The notes: a model not told the origin generated them from the letters alone. A DNA stretch of 64,000 bases from Lysobacterales bacterium (GCA_031364125.1 JANLVT010000045.1:5082-69081); one strand, 5' to 3'. Shown: positions 8,146-17,154, numbered from the stretch's first letter. A program made the numbers and translations.

Positions 8146-10398
8146 ATGTCCGCCGCCGATTCCATCCTCCGCGTCGCCCTGCCGGTGCCGCTGCCGCGCC
8201 TGTTCGACTACCTGCCCCCGGGTGATCGCTCAAGCGAGGGCCCAGGCGATGGCCCGGCCGAGGTGGGCTGCCGCGTGCGTGTGCCCTTCGGCAGCCGCAG
8301 CGTGGTCGGCGTGGTGGTTGGCGTGGGGCCGCCCGAGCCCGGCGTCGCCGAGCTGCGCCAGGCCGAGGCGGTGCTGGATCCGCAGCCGCTGCTGCAGGGC
8401 GAACTGCTGGACTCGCTGCGCTGGCTGGCGCGCTACAGCCACGCCCCGCTGGGCGAGGTGTTGGCCACCGCGCTGCCCAGCGCCCTGCGTCGCGGCGAAG
8501 CGCTGCCCGACACCCATGCCTGGGCATGGCGGCTGACGGAAGCCGGCGCCACCGGCCTGGCCCGCCTGCGCGGCCGCCCGCGGCAACTGGCTGATCTGCT
8601 GGATGCGGCGCAGCGCCAGGCATTGGACGAAGACCAGCTCGACACCTCGCTGGACGACTGGCGCAGCGCCGCCCGTGCCCTGTTGAAGCGCGGCCTGGCC
8701 GAACGCGTGGCGGTGCCGGCCTCGCAGTGCGCGCCGATGCCGCAGCCCGGCCCGGTACTGAACGACGAACAGGCCGCGGCGCTGGAGACCCTGCGCGCGC
8801 GCGCCGGTTTCGCCGCCTGGCTGCTGGACGGCGTGACCGGCAGCGGCAAGACCGAGGTGTACCTCAACGCCATCGCCGACTGCCTCGCCCGCGGCCGCCA
8901 GGCGCTGGTGCTGGTGCCGGAGATCGGCCTCACCCCGCAGGCCCTGGCCCGCTTCCGCCAGCGGCTGGGCGTGCCGGTGCACGCGCTGCACTCCGGGCTG
9001 GGCGATCCCGAACGCGCCCGGGTCTGGGCGGCCGCCTGGCGCGGCGAGGCGCGGGTCATTGTCGGCACGCGATCCGCCGTGTTCACGCCGCTGCCCCAGG
9101 CGGGGCTGATCGTGATCGACGAGGAACACGACGGCAGCTACAAGCAGCAGGACGGCATCCGCTACCACGCCCGCGATTTCGCGCTGGTGCGCGGCAAGGC
9201 GCTGGACGTGCCGGTGCTGCTGGGCAGCGCCACGCCGTCGCTGGAGACCCTGCACAACGCCCAGGCCGGCCGCTACGCCCACCTGCGCCTGCGCAAGCGC
9301 GCCGGCGACGCCCAGCCGCCCGTGGTGCGGGTGCTGGACGTGCGCAAGCGTCCGCTCGACGCAGGCCTGTCGCCTGAGCTGCTGCACGCGATGCGCGCCG
9401 CGCTGGACGCCGGCGGCCAGGTGCTGGTGTTCAAGAATCGCCGCGGCTATGCGCCGGTGCTGCTGTGTCACGACTGCGGCTGGAGCGCGCAGTGCAAACG
9501 CTGCAGCACGCCGCTGCGCAGCACGCCGATGACCGTCCACGGCGGCGGCCGGCGCCTGCAGTGCCACCACTGCGGCGCGCGGCAGACCCCGCCGCCGGCC
9601 TGCCCCGACTGCGCCAGCCTCGCACTGCAGCCGCAGGGCGTGGGCACCGAGCGCCTGGAGGAACTGCTGGCCGAGAAATTCGCCGACGTGCCGGTGCTGC
9701 GCATCGACAGCGCCAGCACCCGGCGCAAGGACGCGCTGGAGAAACTCTTCATCGAATTCGGGTCGCGCCCCGGCATCCTGGTCGGCACCCAAATGCTGGC
9801 CAAGGGCCACGATCTGCCGAATCTCACATTGGTCGCGGTGGTCGGCATCGACGAAGGCCTGTTCTCGGCCGACTTCCGCGCTGGCGAGAAGCTCGCGCAA
9901 CTGCTCATCCAGGTCGCCGGCCGCGCCGGTCGCGCGCAGAAACGCGGCGAAGTGCTGCTGCAGACCCACCACCCCGAACACGCGCTGCTGCAGACGCTCA
10001 TCCACGGCGGCTACCACGCCTTCGCGGACGGCGAACTCGCCCAGCGCCAGGCCGCCGGTTTCCCGCCGTTCGCGCATCTCGCGCTGCTGCGCGCCGAAGC
10101 GCAGCACGCCGATGCGCCGATGCAGTTCCTGCAGGCCGCCAAAACCCTGCTGATTCCGTGGGTCGCGGCGAAGTCCGCGCGCGCTGCGGCGGCGCTGGAA
10201 GGCTTGACGCTCGACGGCCCGGTCGCCGCGCCGATGCCGCGTCGCGCCGGCATGTATCGCGCGCAACTGCTGCTGTCGTCGCCGACGCGCCGCGATCTGC
10301 ACGTCGCGCTGGAAGCCGCGCTGCCGGCGGTGTACGCCTTGCCCGAAGCGCGGAAGACGCGGTGGTCGCTGGATGTGGATCCGGTGGATCTGTATTGA
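8146..10398 (+). CDS. priA: primosomal replication protein N' (PriA helicase)
   Basis: About 750 aa. Walker A GVTGSGKTEVY, DEEH box (VIDEEHDGSYKQ), Cys-rich zinc region CHDCGW..CKRCS..CHHCG..CPDC. Start at MSAADSILRVALPVPLPRLFDY (ATG 8146). Confidence 0.92.
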   Translation: MSAADSILRVALPVPLPRLFDYLPPGDRSSEGPGDGPAEVGCRVRVPFGSRSVVGVVVGVGPPEPGVAELRQAEAVLDPQPLLQGELLDSLRWLARYSHAPLGEVLATALPSALRRGEALPDTHAWAWRLTEAGATGLARLRGRPRQLADLLDAAQRQALDEDQLDTSLDDWRSAARALLKRGLAERVAVPASQCAPMPQPGPVLNDEQAAALETLRARAGFAAWLLDGVTGSGKTEVYLNAIADCLARGRQALVLVPEIGLTPQALARFRQRLGVPVHALHSGLGDPERARVWAAAWRGEARVIVGTRSAVFTPLPQAGLIVIDEEHDGSYKQQDGIRYHARDFALVRGKALDVPVLLGSATPSLETLHNAQAGRYAHLRLRKRAGDAQPPVVRVLDVRKRPLDAGLSPELLHAMRAALDAGGQVLVFKNRRGYAPVLLCHDCGWSAQCKRCSTPLRSTPMTVHGGGRRLQCHHCGARQTPPPACPDCASLALQPQGVGTERLEELLAEKFADVPVLRIDSASTRRKDALEKLFIEFGSRPGILVGTQMLAKGHDLPNLTLVAVVGIDEGLFSADFRAGEKLAQLLIQVAGRAGRAQKRGEVLLQTHHPEHALLQTLIHGGYHAFADGELAQRQAAGFPPFAHLALLRAEAQHADAPMQFLQAAKTLLIPWVAAKSARAAAALEGLTLDGPVAAPMPRRAGMYRAQLLLSSPTRRDLHVALEAALPAVYALPEARKTRWSLDVDPVDLY

Positions 10399-10499
10399 TC
10401 GATGGCGAGCGTGGCGTAGCGCCCGAACCTGCAGGAGGGCCTTAACCTGTAGGAGGGCCTTCAGGCCCGAGCTCGCTCCTGGCACGGCATCTTTCTGTG

Positions 10500-10860
10500 T
10501 ACGGGTAACGCCTGGAATCTTTTCCGCGCTGGGGCGCGGGCCACTTTCTTTGTCGCACTGCGCCGCCTGCGGCGCGAACGGCGAAGCCGGCCCGAAGAGC
10601 CTGCCCCGTACTTGATACGGGGGCGAACGCCGCAGTTGAGTAGGATGGGTTGAGCGTAGCGATACTCATCAAAGGAGCAACTGCAGAGCTTCCGCGCTGT
10701 CGCGCGGGTTACTTTCTTTGTCGCAAAGAAAGTAACCAAAGAAAACTCTTTGGTGCCGAGGCAAATCTGCCGTCGGAACCATGGCCGGGATTTTTCGATG
10801 CGGCATCCTGCCGCGTCGAAACACGGCGCACATCGTGTGCGCCGCCCTCCGGGTCTTCCA
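10500..10860 (+). repeat. interspersed repeat, family 2 (about 1.3 units)
   Basis: Near-identical to units at 43150-44022 and 45407-45588. Shared blocks include GCAACTGCAGAGCTTCCGCGCT, the 14-bp hairpin GGTTACTTTCTTTG-TC-GCAAAGAAAGTAACC, and GGCCGGGATTTTTCGATGCGGCATCCTGCCGCGTCGAAA. Confidence 0.75.
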
Positions 10861-11100
10861 ACGTTTGAACGTCCTGCGATGCTGCTGAGTTCGACGGATT
10901 GCTGCAGTCAATCGATCATTGTCATCCCGAACACATGTGAGGGACCTGCTGTTCGCTCTCGAATCGCAATAGCAACGCGGGTCTTGTTGGAGATTCGTTC
11001 GCATCCGGGATGACGGCGAATGGGCGTGCCCACCCGCTTACGCATCGGATCGGCGACAATACGCACGCGGCGGTGGCGCCGTAGCGGCTGGAGACGGCAG

Positions 11101-12354
11101 ATGCGTGCGGTGCCCCATGTGGTGGTGGTCGGCGGTGGTTTCGGTGGGTTGTGGGCGGCACGCGCGCTATGCGATGCGCCGGTGCGGATCACGCTGGTGG
11201 ATCGCGGCAACCATCATCTCTTTCAACCGCTGCTGTATCAGGTCGCGACCGCCGGACTTTCGGCGCCGAACATCGCCGCGCCGCTGCGCCACATCCTGCG
11301 CAAGCAGAAGAACGTCACCGTGCTGCTGGGCGAAGTCGACGGCATCGCGCCGGCCGAGAAGCAGGTACGGCTCGCCGATGGCAGAACCCTCGATTACGAC
11401 CACCTGCTGCTGGCCAGCGGCGCGACCCATGCCTATTTCGGTCACGACGACTGGGCCGCGCATGCACCGGGCTTGAAAACACTCGACGATGCGCTGGAAA
11501 TCCGCCGCCGCATCCTCACCGCGTTCGAACGCGCCGAAGCCGAAGACGACGCGGCGAAACGCGAGGCGTGGCTGACCTTCGCCATCGTCGGCGGCGGCCC
11601 GACCGGCGTGGAGTTGGCCGGCACGCTGGCCGAAATCGCGCGGCACACGCTGCACGGCGAATTCCGTCGCGCCGATCCGCGCAGGGCGCGCGTGCTGCTG
11701 CTCGAAGCCGGGCCGCGGGTGCTGTCGAGTTTTCCGGAATCCTTGTCCGAAAAAGCGCGCACGCAGCTGCAGAAACTCGGCGTGGAAGTGCGTACCGGCG
11801 TGCCGGTGGCGGCGATCGACGGCGAGGGCGTGAAGCTCGGGGAAGAACGCATCGCCGCGCGCACGGTGCTGTGGGCCGCGGGCGTGGCGGCGTCGCCGCT
11901 GGCGCGCGATCTCGGCGTGCCGCTGGATCGCGCCGGCCGGGTGATCGTGCAGCCCGACCTCAGCGTCCCCGGGCATCCGGACATCTTCATCGCCGGCGAT
12001 CTCGCGTCGCTGCAATACGACGGCAAACCGGTGCCGGGCGTCGCGCCCGCGGCGAAGCAGATGGGGCGCCACGTCGCACATGCGATCCGCGCGCGGCTGC
12101 AGGGACGCGCGCCGGCAGCGTTCCGTTATCGCGATTTCGGCAACCTCGCCACTATCGGCCGCATGGCCGCGGTGGTCGATCTGCACGGCTTCAAGTTCTC
12201 CGGCCTGATCGCCTGGTGGTTCTGGCTGGCGGCGCACGTGTTTTTCCTGATCGGCTTCCGCAACCGCATGGTGGTGATGATCGACTGGGCGCAGGCGTAC
12301 TGGAGTTACCAGCGCAGCGCGCGGATCATTCTGGGCGCGGACCGCGAGCGGTAG
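11101..12354 (+). CDS. ndh: type II NADH:quinone oxidoreductase (NDH-2)
   Basis: About 417 aa. Two dinucleotide folds (VVVVGGGFGGLW and IVGGGPTGVELAG) and a C-terminal membrane-anchoring helix. Start at MRAVPHVVVVGGG (ATG 11101). Confidence 0.88.
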   Translation: MRAVPHVVVVGGGFGGLWAARALCDAPVRITLVDRGNHHLFQPLLYQVATAGLSAPNIAAPLRHILRKQKNVTVLLGEVDGIAPAEKQVRLADGRTLDYDHLLLASGATHAYFGHDDWAAHAPGLKTLDDALEIRRRILTAFERAEAEDDAAKREAWLTFAIVGGGPTGVELAGTLAEIARHTLHGEFRRADPRRARVLLLEAGPRVLSSFPESLSEKARTQLQKLGVEVRTGVPVAAIDGEGVKLGEERIAARTVLWAAGVAASPLARDLGVPLDRAGRVIVQPDLSVPGHPDIFIAGDLASLQYDGKPVPGVAPAAKQMGRHVAHAIRARLQGRAPAAFRYRDFGNLATIGRMAAVVDLHGFKFSGLIAWWFWLAAHVFFLIGFRNRMVVMIDWAQAYWSYQRSARIILGADRER

Positions 12355-12357
12355 GCC

Positions 12358-12825
12358 TCACGCACGTTCGACCCGGCAGGCGTAACAGCCGGGTTTCGCG
12401 TAGTGGATGTGGATGTACGCACTGCGTTCGATCGCGAACAGGGCTTCGATGGCGGTTTCGACTTCCGTGCCCGGCACGACATCGGCCCACACCATCATCC
12501 CGCGCGGGTCGTAGGCGCGCAGCGACAGCAGGCGCGTTCGCAACAGCGCCGGCACTTCGCCGATCGCCGGCAATGCCTGCGTCGCGGCTTCGCGTACGTA
12601 CAGCGGCCCGGATGCGCGATACGGCGTATCCACGCGGTGATGATCGTAGGGCAGCAGCAACAGGCGTTCGCCTTCGGTCGCATCCTGCAGGCTGACCCGG
12701 CAGGGATACACCGGGCGGTCGTCGGCGACGACGCTGCGGATGTCGCGGGCGCGCAATGCCTGATCGGGCAATGCGAACAGGGGTGCGAAAGTATCGACGG
12801 GCAATGCGTGGATCTGGAAGGACAT
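12358..12825 (-). CDS. DUF1203-like protein
   Basis: 155 aa. YPCRVSLQDA..GE.LLLLPYDHH...PYRASGPLYVRE and LSLRAYD are patterns I associate with DUF1203. Confidence 0.65.
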   Translation of the reverse strand: MSFQIHALPVDTFAPLFALPDQALRARDIRSVVADDRPVYPCRVSLQDATEGERLLLLPYDHHRVDTPYRASGPLYVREAATQALPAIGEVPALLRTRLLSLRAYDPRGMMVWADVVPGTEVETAIEALFAIERSAYIHIHYAKPGCYACRVERA

Positions 12826-12897
12826 GGCGGCGCTCCGTTGTCGGGAGCGCGCATCGTGGCGCGGCGCGCGCGATGACGATATCCGGATCTTGCGGTG

Positions 12898-13668
12898 TCA
12901 GGTCTTGGCCTTCGCTGTTTTTGCAGCTTTCGGCTTGGCGCGGACGGACGGGTGATTGTCCCCGCCGCGTCGGATCTCGAACAGACCGGTCGCCTCGATG
13001 AGTCCGCTGAGTTTCCCGTAGCCGTAATTGCGCGCATCGAACGGCCCGCGGTTGCGGATGTTGGTGCCGACCGCGGAGAGATTCGCCCAGCCGTCGTCCT
13101 CCTTCTCCGCATCCACCGCACCGCGCAGCAGTTTCACCAGCGCGGTGTCCTGGCGGAGCTTCGCGGTGGGCATCGGCGGCACGCGCTCCGGGTTGTCGGC
13201 GGCATCTGCGGTTTCGCCCGCGACCGCGGCGGCGGGGGGTTGTTCGTCGATATAGAGGAACGTCGAACATGCGTTGACGAAGGGTTCCGGGGTTTTCTTC
13301 TCGCCGAAGCCGAACACGCGCATGTCCTGCTGGCGCAGTCGCATCGCGAGCGGCGTGAAGTCGGCGTCGCTGGACACGATCGCGAAAGCATCGAAGCGGC
13401 CGCTGTAGAGCAGATCCATCGCATCGACCACCATCGCCATGTCCGAAGCGTTCTTGCCGCTGCTGTAGGCGAACTGCTGGATCGGCTGGATCGCGTTGGG
13501 ATGCAGCGCCTGCTCCCATTTCTGCAGGGTCGGGCTTTTCCAGTTGCCGTAGGCGCGGCGCACGTTGGCGATGCCGTGGCGGGCGAGTTCGGCCAGCACC
13601 ATGTCGATCTTCGCCGCCGGCGCGTTGTCGGCGTCGATCAGCAGCGCGATCCGCATGCGTTCGTCCAT
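12898..13668 (-). CDS. NYN-domain (LabA/PIN-like) protein with C-terminal OST-HTH/LOTUS domain
   Basis: About 256 aa. RIALLIDADNA...RRAYGNW...NASDMAMVVDAMDLLY...FAIVSSDADFTPLAMRLRQ (NYN acidic residues). C-terminal ..DDGWANLSAVGTNIRNRGPFDARNYGYGKLSGLIEATGLFEI (LOTUS-like) and a Lys/Ala tail. ATG 13668 is preceded by GGGGAGAA. Confidence 0.8.
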   Translation of the reverse strand: MDERMRIALLIDADNAPAAKIDMVLAELARHGIANVRRAYGNWKSPTLQKWEQALHPNAIQPIQQFAYSSGKNASDMAMVVDAMDLLYSGRFDAFAIVSSDADFTPLAMRLRQQDMRVFGFGEKKTPEPFVNACSTFLYIDEQPPAAAVAGETADAADNPERVPPMPTAKLRQDTALVKLLRGAVDAEKEDDGWANLSAVGTNIRNRGPFDARNYGYGKLSGLIEATGLFEIRRGGDNHPSVRAKPKAAKTAKAKT

Positions 13669-13889
13669 GGCGTTCTCCCCGGGTTCTGCGTACAGCTTAG
13701 GCGCGGAGGAGGCGTCCAGTCCATTGCGAAACGGACGGGCCAGTTGCTCGGGTCGTCGCATGCCGCTTCGTGTTGCGCTGCGGATCCGTGGGAGTCGCTC
13801 AGTTCCAGCCGTCCCAGAAATACGCATACGCGTTCAGCGTCACGACCTCGCGTGTCGGCCCTTCGTGCGTCGCACAACAACCGGGGTTG

Positions 13890-15668
13890 TCAGGAAAGCG
13901 TGTCCTGCATGCGTTTCAATGCGACGCGCAGCGCATCGACATCGCCGGCCGGCACTTCCGACCAGCCGTGCAGATCGCCCAGACCGCAAGCCGCGGTCGC
14001 GACGACCGGTATGCCGCGCGCGATCGCGGCGATCGCCACGCGCGGCTCGTGCTCGACCCACGCGGGCATTACCACCGCATCGCAGAACGACAGCGCGGCG
14101 TCGACGCTGTCGATCCTCTGCAGCACGATGCCGTCCCAGCGCGCGGGTTCGCCGCCGTCGCGCATCGGCAGCAGGATCTCCGCGCCCAGACCCGACATCG
14201 CGGCGGAGAGTTCCCGCGCGCCCTTGCGCATCAGGCTCGACGCGGGAAAATAGATGCGCATCGGCCCGGGGCGTCGTTGCGCGCAAGCGGGGTCGACGGT
14301 CGGCAATCGCCAGGACAGCGCATGCGCCTTGTCGCCGGCCAGCGCCAGCATGCCCGCATGCGGGCCGATCCAGCGTTCGGCGCCCGCCAATGCTTCGCGT
14401 TCGGCGCGCAGCAGCGCATCGTCGGCGCGGAAATCGCGCAGGCTGGATTCGTCCGGGTGATGCGCGGCGGCGGTATCGAGTTGCGCATGGATCCAAGCCA
14501 TCGGCAGCGCCCGCATCAGTACGCGGTAGCGCCGTCCGGACAGTGCGCCGCTGCGCCAGAGATACGGCAACCACGATTGATCGACGTAGAGTTCGAGATG
14601 CTCCGGTCGCAAGCGCGCGGCTGCGGCCTCTGCGGATAGCGCGGCCATCGCCGTCGCGCGTCGCGCCGGCGGCGAACGCCGCAGACGATGTTCGATCGCG
14701 AGGATCTTCGCGCGCGCGCGCATCGGCAGCGAAGCGTTTGCGCCGATGCGTTCGCCATGCGCGACTTCCGTCGCCAGAAACTGCGCATGCTCCGGCATCG
14801 GCGCCTGCATCAGGATCGCGACCTTGCCCTGCGCGTCGCGCAGCGTCGGCGCATTGCGGAAACATTCGTGCTGCCCGCAGGTCACGCAGTCGCCGGGCCG
14901 TTGCGACGGCAATGCGCCGACCGACGATTCGAGCGTCGCATCGATCATCCGTCCGGAGACCGGCGTCGCTGGCATCACGCCACGCACCCGTACCGTCAGC
15001 GATTCCGCATCGAGCAGAACCTCGAAGCGCAGGTCGAATGGCGCGCGCAGCCGCAGGTCGACGTAATTCCAGAACACGGTGGCGTCGCGATCGCGCGCCG
15101 CCGCCGAGCCCGGAATGATCTGCGAATGCGGGTGACGTTCGACTACCTCCAGCCCGGCTTTCAGCGCCGCGTCGTAAAGCGCGTTCGACAGCTGGCAGAG
15201 GCCGCCGCCGATGCTCGGAATCAGACAGCCTTCGCGCAGCTCGCGGCCGATCGCGAAGCCGCGGCCGCGCGAGGGACGGCCCAATTGCGCCCAGAAACTC
15301 AACACCTCCCCGCGCGACAGTTCAATGCCGTCGAACGCGCGCCGGGCGATGCGCAGATTCTCGATCTTGCCCAGCACCAGTGCGCTTTCGGCCAGCGCGT
15401 TGTCGCCGGCATCCTTGCCCGGCCACAGCGTCGAGATCGATTCGGCGATCACCGGCGCTTCGCGCAGCCGCGAACCCGCGCGATGCCGGCAATGCCTGCG
15501 ATCGAACAGATTCTTCGCGAAGCGCAGACATCTGAAGCCGTTGGCGCGGAATTCGAACCACAGCGCACCGAACCTGCCGGGCAGGGCGGGCGGCCGCACG
15601 GACGTACTTGACGGTGATGGATCGATGGTCGACATGGAGAAGGCCGTGGTCAGGCAGGCAGTCTGCAC
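13890..15668 (-). CDS. VanW-domain protein fused to a glycosyltransferase (GT-B C-terminal half)-like domain
   Basis: 592 aa. The N-terminal half carries VanW signatures (..GEVLSFWAQLGRPS..GF..GRE...G..IPSIGGGLCQLSNALYDAAL..GLEVVERHPH). The C-terminal part RIYFPASSLMRKG..EL......DAVVMPAWVEHEPRVAIAAIARGIPVVATAACG resembles a GT1 C-terminal domain. The start is uncertain (GTG 15668 or ATG 15635). Confidence 0.7.
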   Translation of the reverse strand: MQTACLTTAFSMSTIDPSPSSTSVRPPALPGRFGALWFEFRANGFRCLRFAKNLFDRRHCRHRAGSRLREAPVIAESISTLWPGKDAGDNALAESALVLGKIENLRIARRAFDGIELSRGEVLSFWAQLGRPSRGRGFAIGRELREGCLIPSIGGGLCQLSNALYDAALKAGLEVVERHPHSQIIPGSAAARDRDATVFWNYVDLRLRAPFDLRFEVLLDAESLTVRVRGVMPATPVSGRMIDATLESSVGALPSQRPGDCVTCGQHECFRNAPTLRDAQGKVAILMQAPMPEHAQFLATEVAHGERIGANASLPMRARAKILAIEHRLRRSPPARRATAMAALSAEAAAARLRPEHLELYVDQSWLPYLWRSGALSGRRYRVLMRALPMAWIHAQLDTAAAHHPDESSLRDFRADDALLRAEREALAGAERWIGPHAGMLALAGDKAHALSWRLPTVDPACAQRRPGPMRIYFPASSLMRKGARELSAAMSGLGAEILLPMRDGGEPARWDGIVLQRIDSVDAALSFCDAVVMPAWVEHEPRVAIAAIARGIPVVATAACGLGDLHGWSEVPAGDVDALRVALKRMQDTLS

Positions 15669-15738
15669 GGCGTGCGCACAAATGAAAACGGCCCGGTTGC
15701 CCGGGCCGTTCGATGGTCGCTGCGCGCGGTTCGCGTGG

Positions 15739-16617
15739 TTACGCGGCGAACAGCGCCTTCATCTTCTTCAATGCGTTGGCTTCGATCTGGCGGATGCGCT
15801 CGGCGGACACACCATATTCGTCGGCCAGTTCCTGGAGCGTGATCTTGCTCTCGGGATCCAGCCAGCGGCGCTTGACGATATCGCGCGAGCGGGCGTCCAG
15901 ACGCGACAGGCCTTCGCGCAGCAGATCCAGCTGGTCGGCTTCGCTGTCGGCGCTTTCGTAGGCCTGCGCCGGGTCTTCGCCTTCCATCATCAGATAGGCC
16001 ACCGGCGCGGGCGGGCCGTGATCTTCGTCGGCATCGTCGGGCGCGTCGAAGCCGATGTCGCGGCCCGAGAGGCGCGACTCCATTTCCAATACTTCGCGCT
16101 CGGAGACGTTCAGATCCTTGGCGACCGCTCGCACTTCCTCGGCATTGAGCCAGCCCAGGCGAGTCTTGCTGCGGCGCAGGTTGAAAAACAGCTTGCGCTG
16201 CGCCTTGGTGGTCGCGACCTTCACGATGCGCCAGTTCTTGATGATGAACTCGTGCATCTCGGCGCGGATCCAGTGCACCGCGAACGACACCAGGCGCACG
16301 CCGACGGTCGGGTCGAAACGCTTCACGGCCTTCATCAGGCCGATGTTGCCTTCCTGGATCAGGTCGGCCAGCTGCAGACCATAGCCGTTGTAGCCGCGGG
16401 CGACATGCACGACGAAACGCAGGTGCGATAGCACCAGCTCGCGCGCGGCCTCCAAGTCGTTCTGTTCCAGGAAACGGCGGGCGAGCGCCTGCTCGTCCTC
16501 GACGGAGAGCACCGGGATCTGGTGGACGGCGCCGACATAGGCCTCGAGCGAACCGAGCGCGGACGGCATCGGCAGGCTGTTCGGGATCAGGGAGGTACTG
16601 GCAGTGGTCTGGTTCAT
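15739..16617 (-). CDS. rpoH: RNA polymerase sigma-32 (heat-shock sigma factor RpoH)
   Basis: About 292 aa. RpoH box QRKLFFNLR, region 2 (LRFVVHVARGYNGYGLQLADLIQEGNIGLMKAVKRFDP), region 4.2 (TLQELADEYGVSAERIRQIEANALKKM). Start at MNQTTAS (ATG 16617). Confidence 0.92.
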   Translation of the reverse strand: MNQTTASTSLIPNSLPMPSALGSLEAYVGAVHQIPVLSVEDEQALARRFLEQNDLEAARELVLSHLRFVVHVARGYNGYGLQLADLIQEGNIGLMKAVKRFDPTVGVRLVSFAVHWIRAEMHEFIIKNWRIVKVATTKAQRKLFFNLRRSKTRLGWLNAEEVRAVAKDLNVSEREVLEMESRLSGRDIGFDAPDDADEDHGPPAPVAYLMMEGEDPAQAYESADSEADQLDLLREGLSRLDARSRDIVKRRWLDPESKITLQELADEYGVSAERIRQIEANALKKMKALFAA

Positions 16618-16643
16618 AGGTGTCGATCTTAGCAGTCGGGCGA

Positions 16644-16671
16644 TTGGAGTGCTAAACCCGGAAAAAGTTCC
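16644..16671 (-). promoter_or_regulatory. candidate sigma-E (RpoE)-type promoter of rpoH
   Basis: The minus strand reads GGAACTT-N16-TCCAA (-35 at 16671..16665, -10 at 16648..16644), matching the GGAACTT-N15/16-TCNAA extracytoplasmic-stress consensus. It lies about 27 nt upstream of the rpoH ATG. Confidence 0.35.
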
Positions 16672-16815
16672 CCAGTGTTCCATTTATGAGACGGGCAGCC
16701 GGGTGATGCGTCTTCGATGCAACAGGTGATGACATTCGTGACGGCAAATACGGGCTTTTCAAGCCAACTCGCGCGAAAGAAAGGTTGGATATCGCCAAAA
16801 CAAGGGGCTTGAGCT

Positions 16816-16969
16816 AATGCCAGTCAGTTAACGCTGACTGGCTTTTTTGTATTCGTGGGATCCTGTTTTTTGCAGAGCGGCCTTCAGGCCGCTGATCGCT
16901 CGCGGCAAGAGCTTCAGCGGCCTGAAGGCCGCTCTACGGACGGCAGATATGGTTTAACTGACCGGCATT
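16816..16969. repeat. nested palindromic (MITE/REP-like) element
   Basis: The outer 16-bp inverted repeats AATGCCAGTCAGTTAA (16816-16831) and TTAACTGACCGGCATT (16954-16969) have 1 mismatch. Inside is a hairpin with the family-1 termini: AGAGCGGCCTTCAGGCCGCTG (16874-16894) and CAGCGGCCTGAAGGCCGCTCT (16915-16935). The left arm also forms a local 9-bp hairpin followed by a T6 tract (16819-16848). Confidence 0.55.
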
Positions 16970-17105
16970 GGGCTTGGGCGGCCTTGGAGTATCGATCCAG
17001 CCTTGTCGACGACATTAGTGAGGCCTGCGAGCCGGGGCATGTGCCAGTCGATGGTGTGCCGTCATCACTTGCGGCGCCGTTCATCGGGGTGCGGTCAGGA
17101 GGAGG

Positions 17106-17154
17106 TTGACAGTATCGAGGAGGCTTGCTGTACTGTTACACATAGTACAGTCAA
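17106..17154 (+). promoter_or_regulatory. candidate promoter with overlapping palindromic operator for the GntR-ABC operon
   Basis: TTGACA (17106-17111), a 17-nt spacer, then TGTACT (17129-17134). A perfect 7-bp inverted repeat CTGTACT-N9-AGTACAG (17128-17150) overlaps the -10 element. An outer imperfect inverted repeat TTGACAGTA/TACAGTCAA is also present. The site lies 14-60 nt upstream of the GntR ATG. Confidence 0.4.

Noticed and set aside
10880-11010. A short inverted-repeat motif GTCATCCCG...CGGGATGAC, also seen near 43110 and 45640, considered as a distinct mobile element.
   Set aside because: Only short, degenerate matches are visible within this window. There is not enough evidence to define element boundaries, so it is noted only as a possible third REP-type family.
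16690-16848. A small RNA gene ending at the T6-tailed hairpin upstream of rpoH.
   Set aside because: I found no convincing promoter, and the hairpin is explained by the left terminal repeat of a nested palindromic element plus a local partial copy. It is kept only as a low-priority check in the findings.
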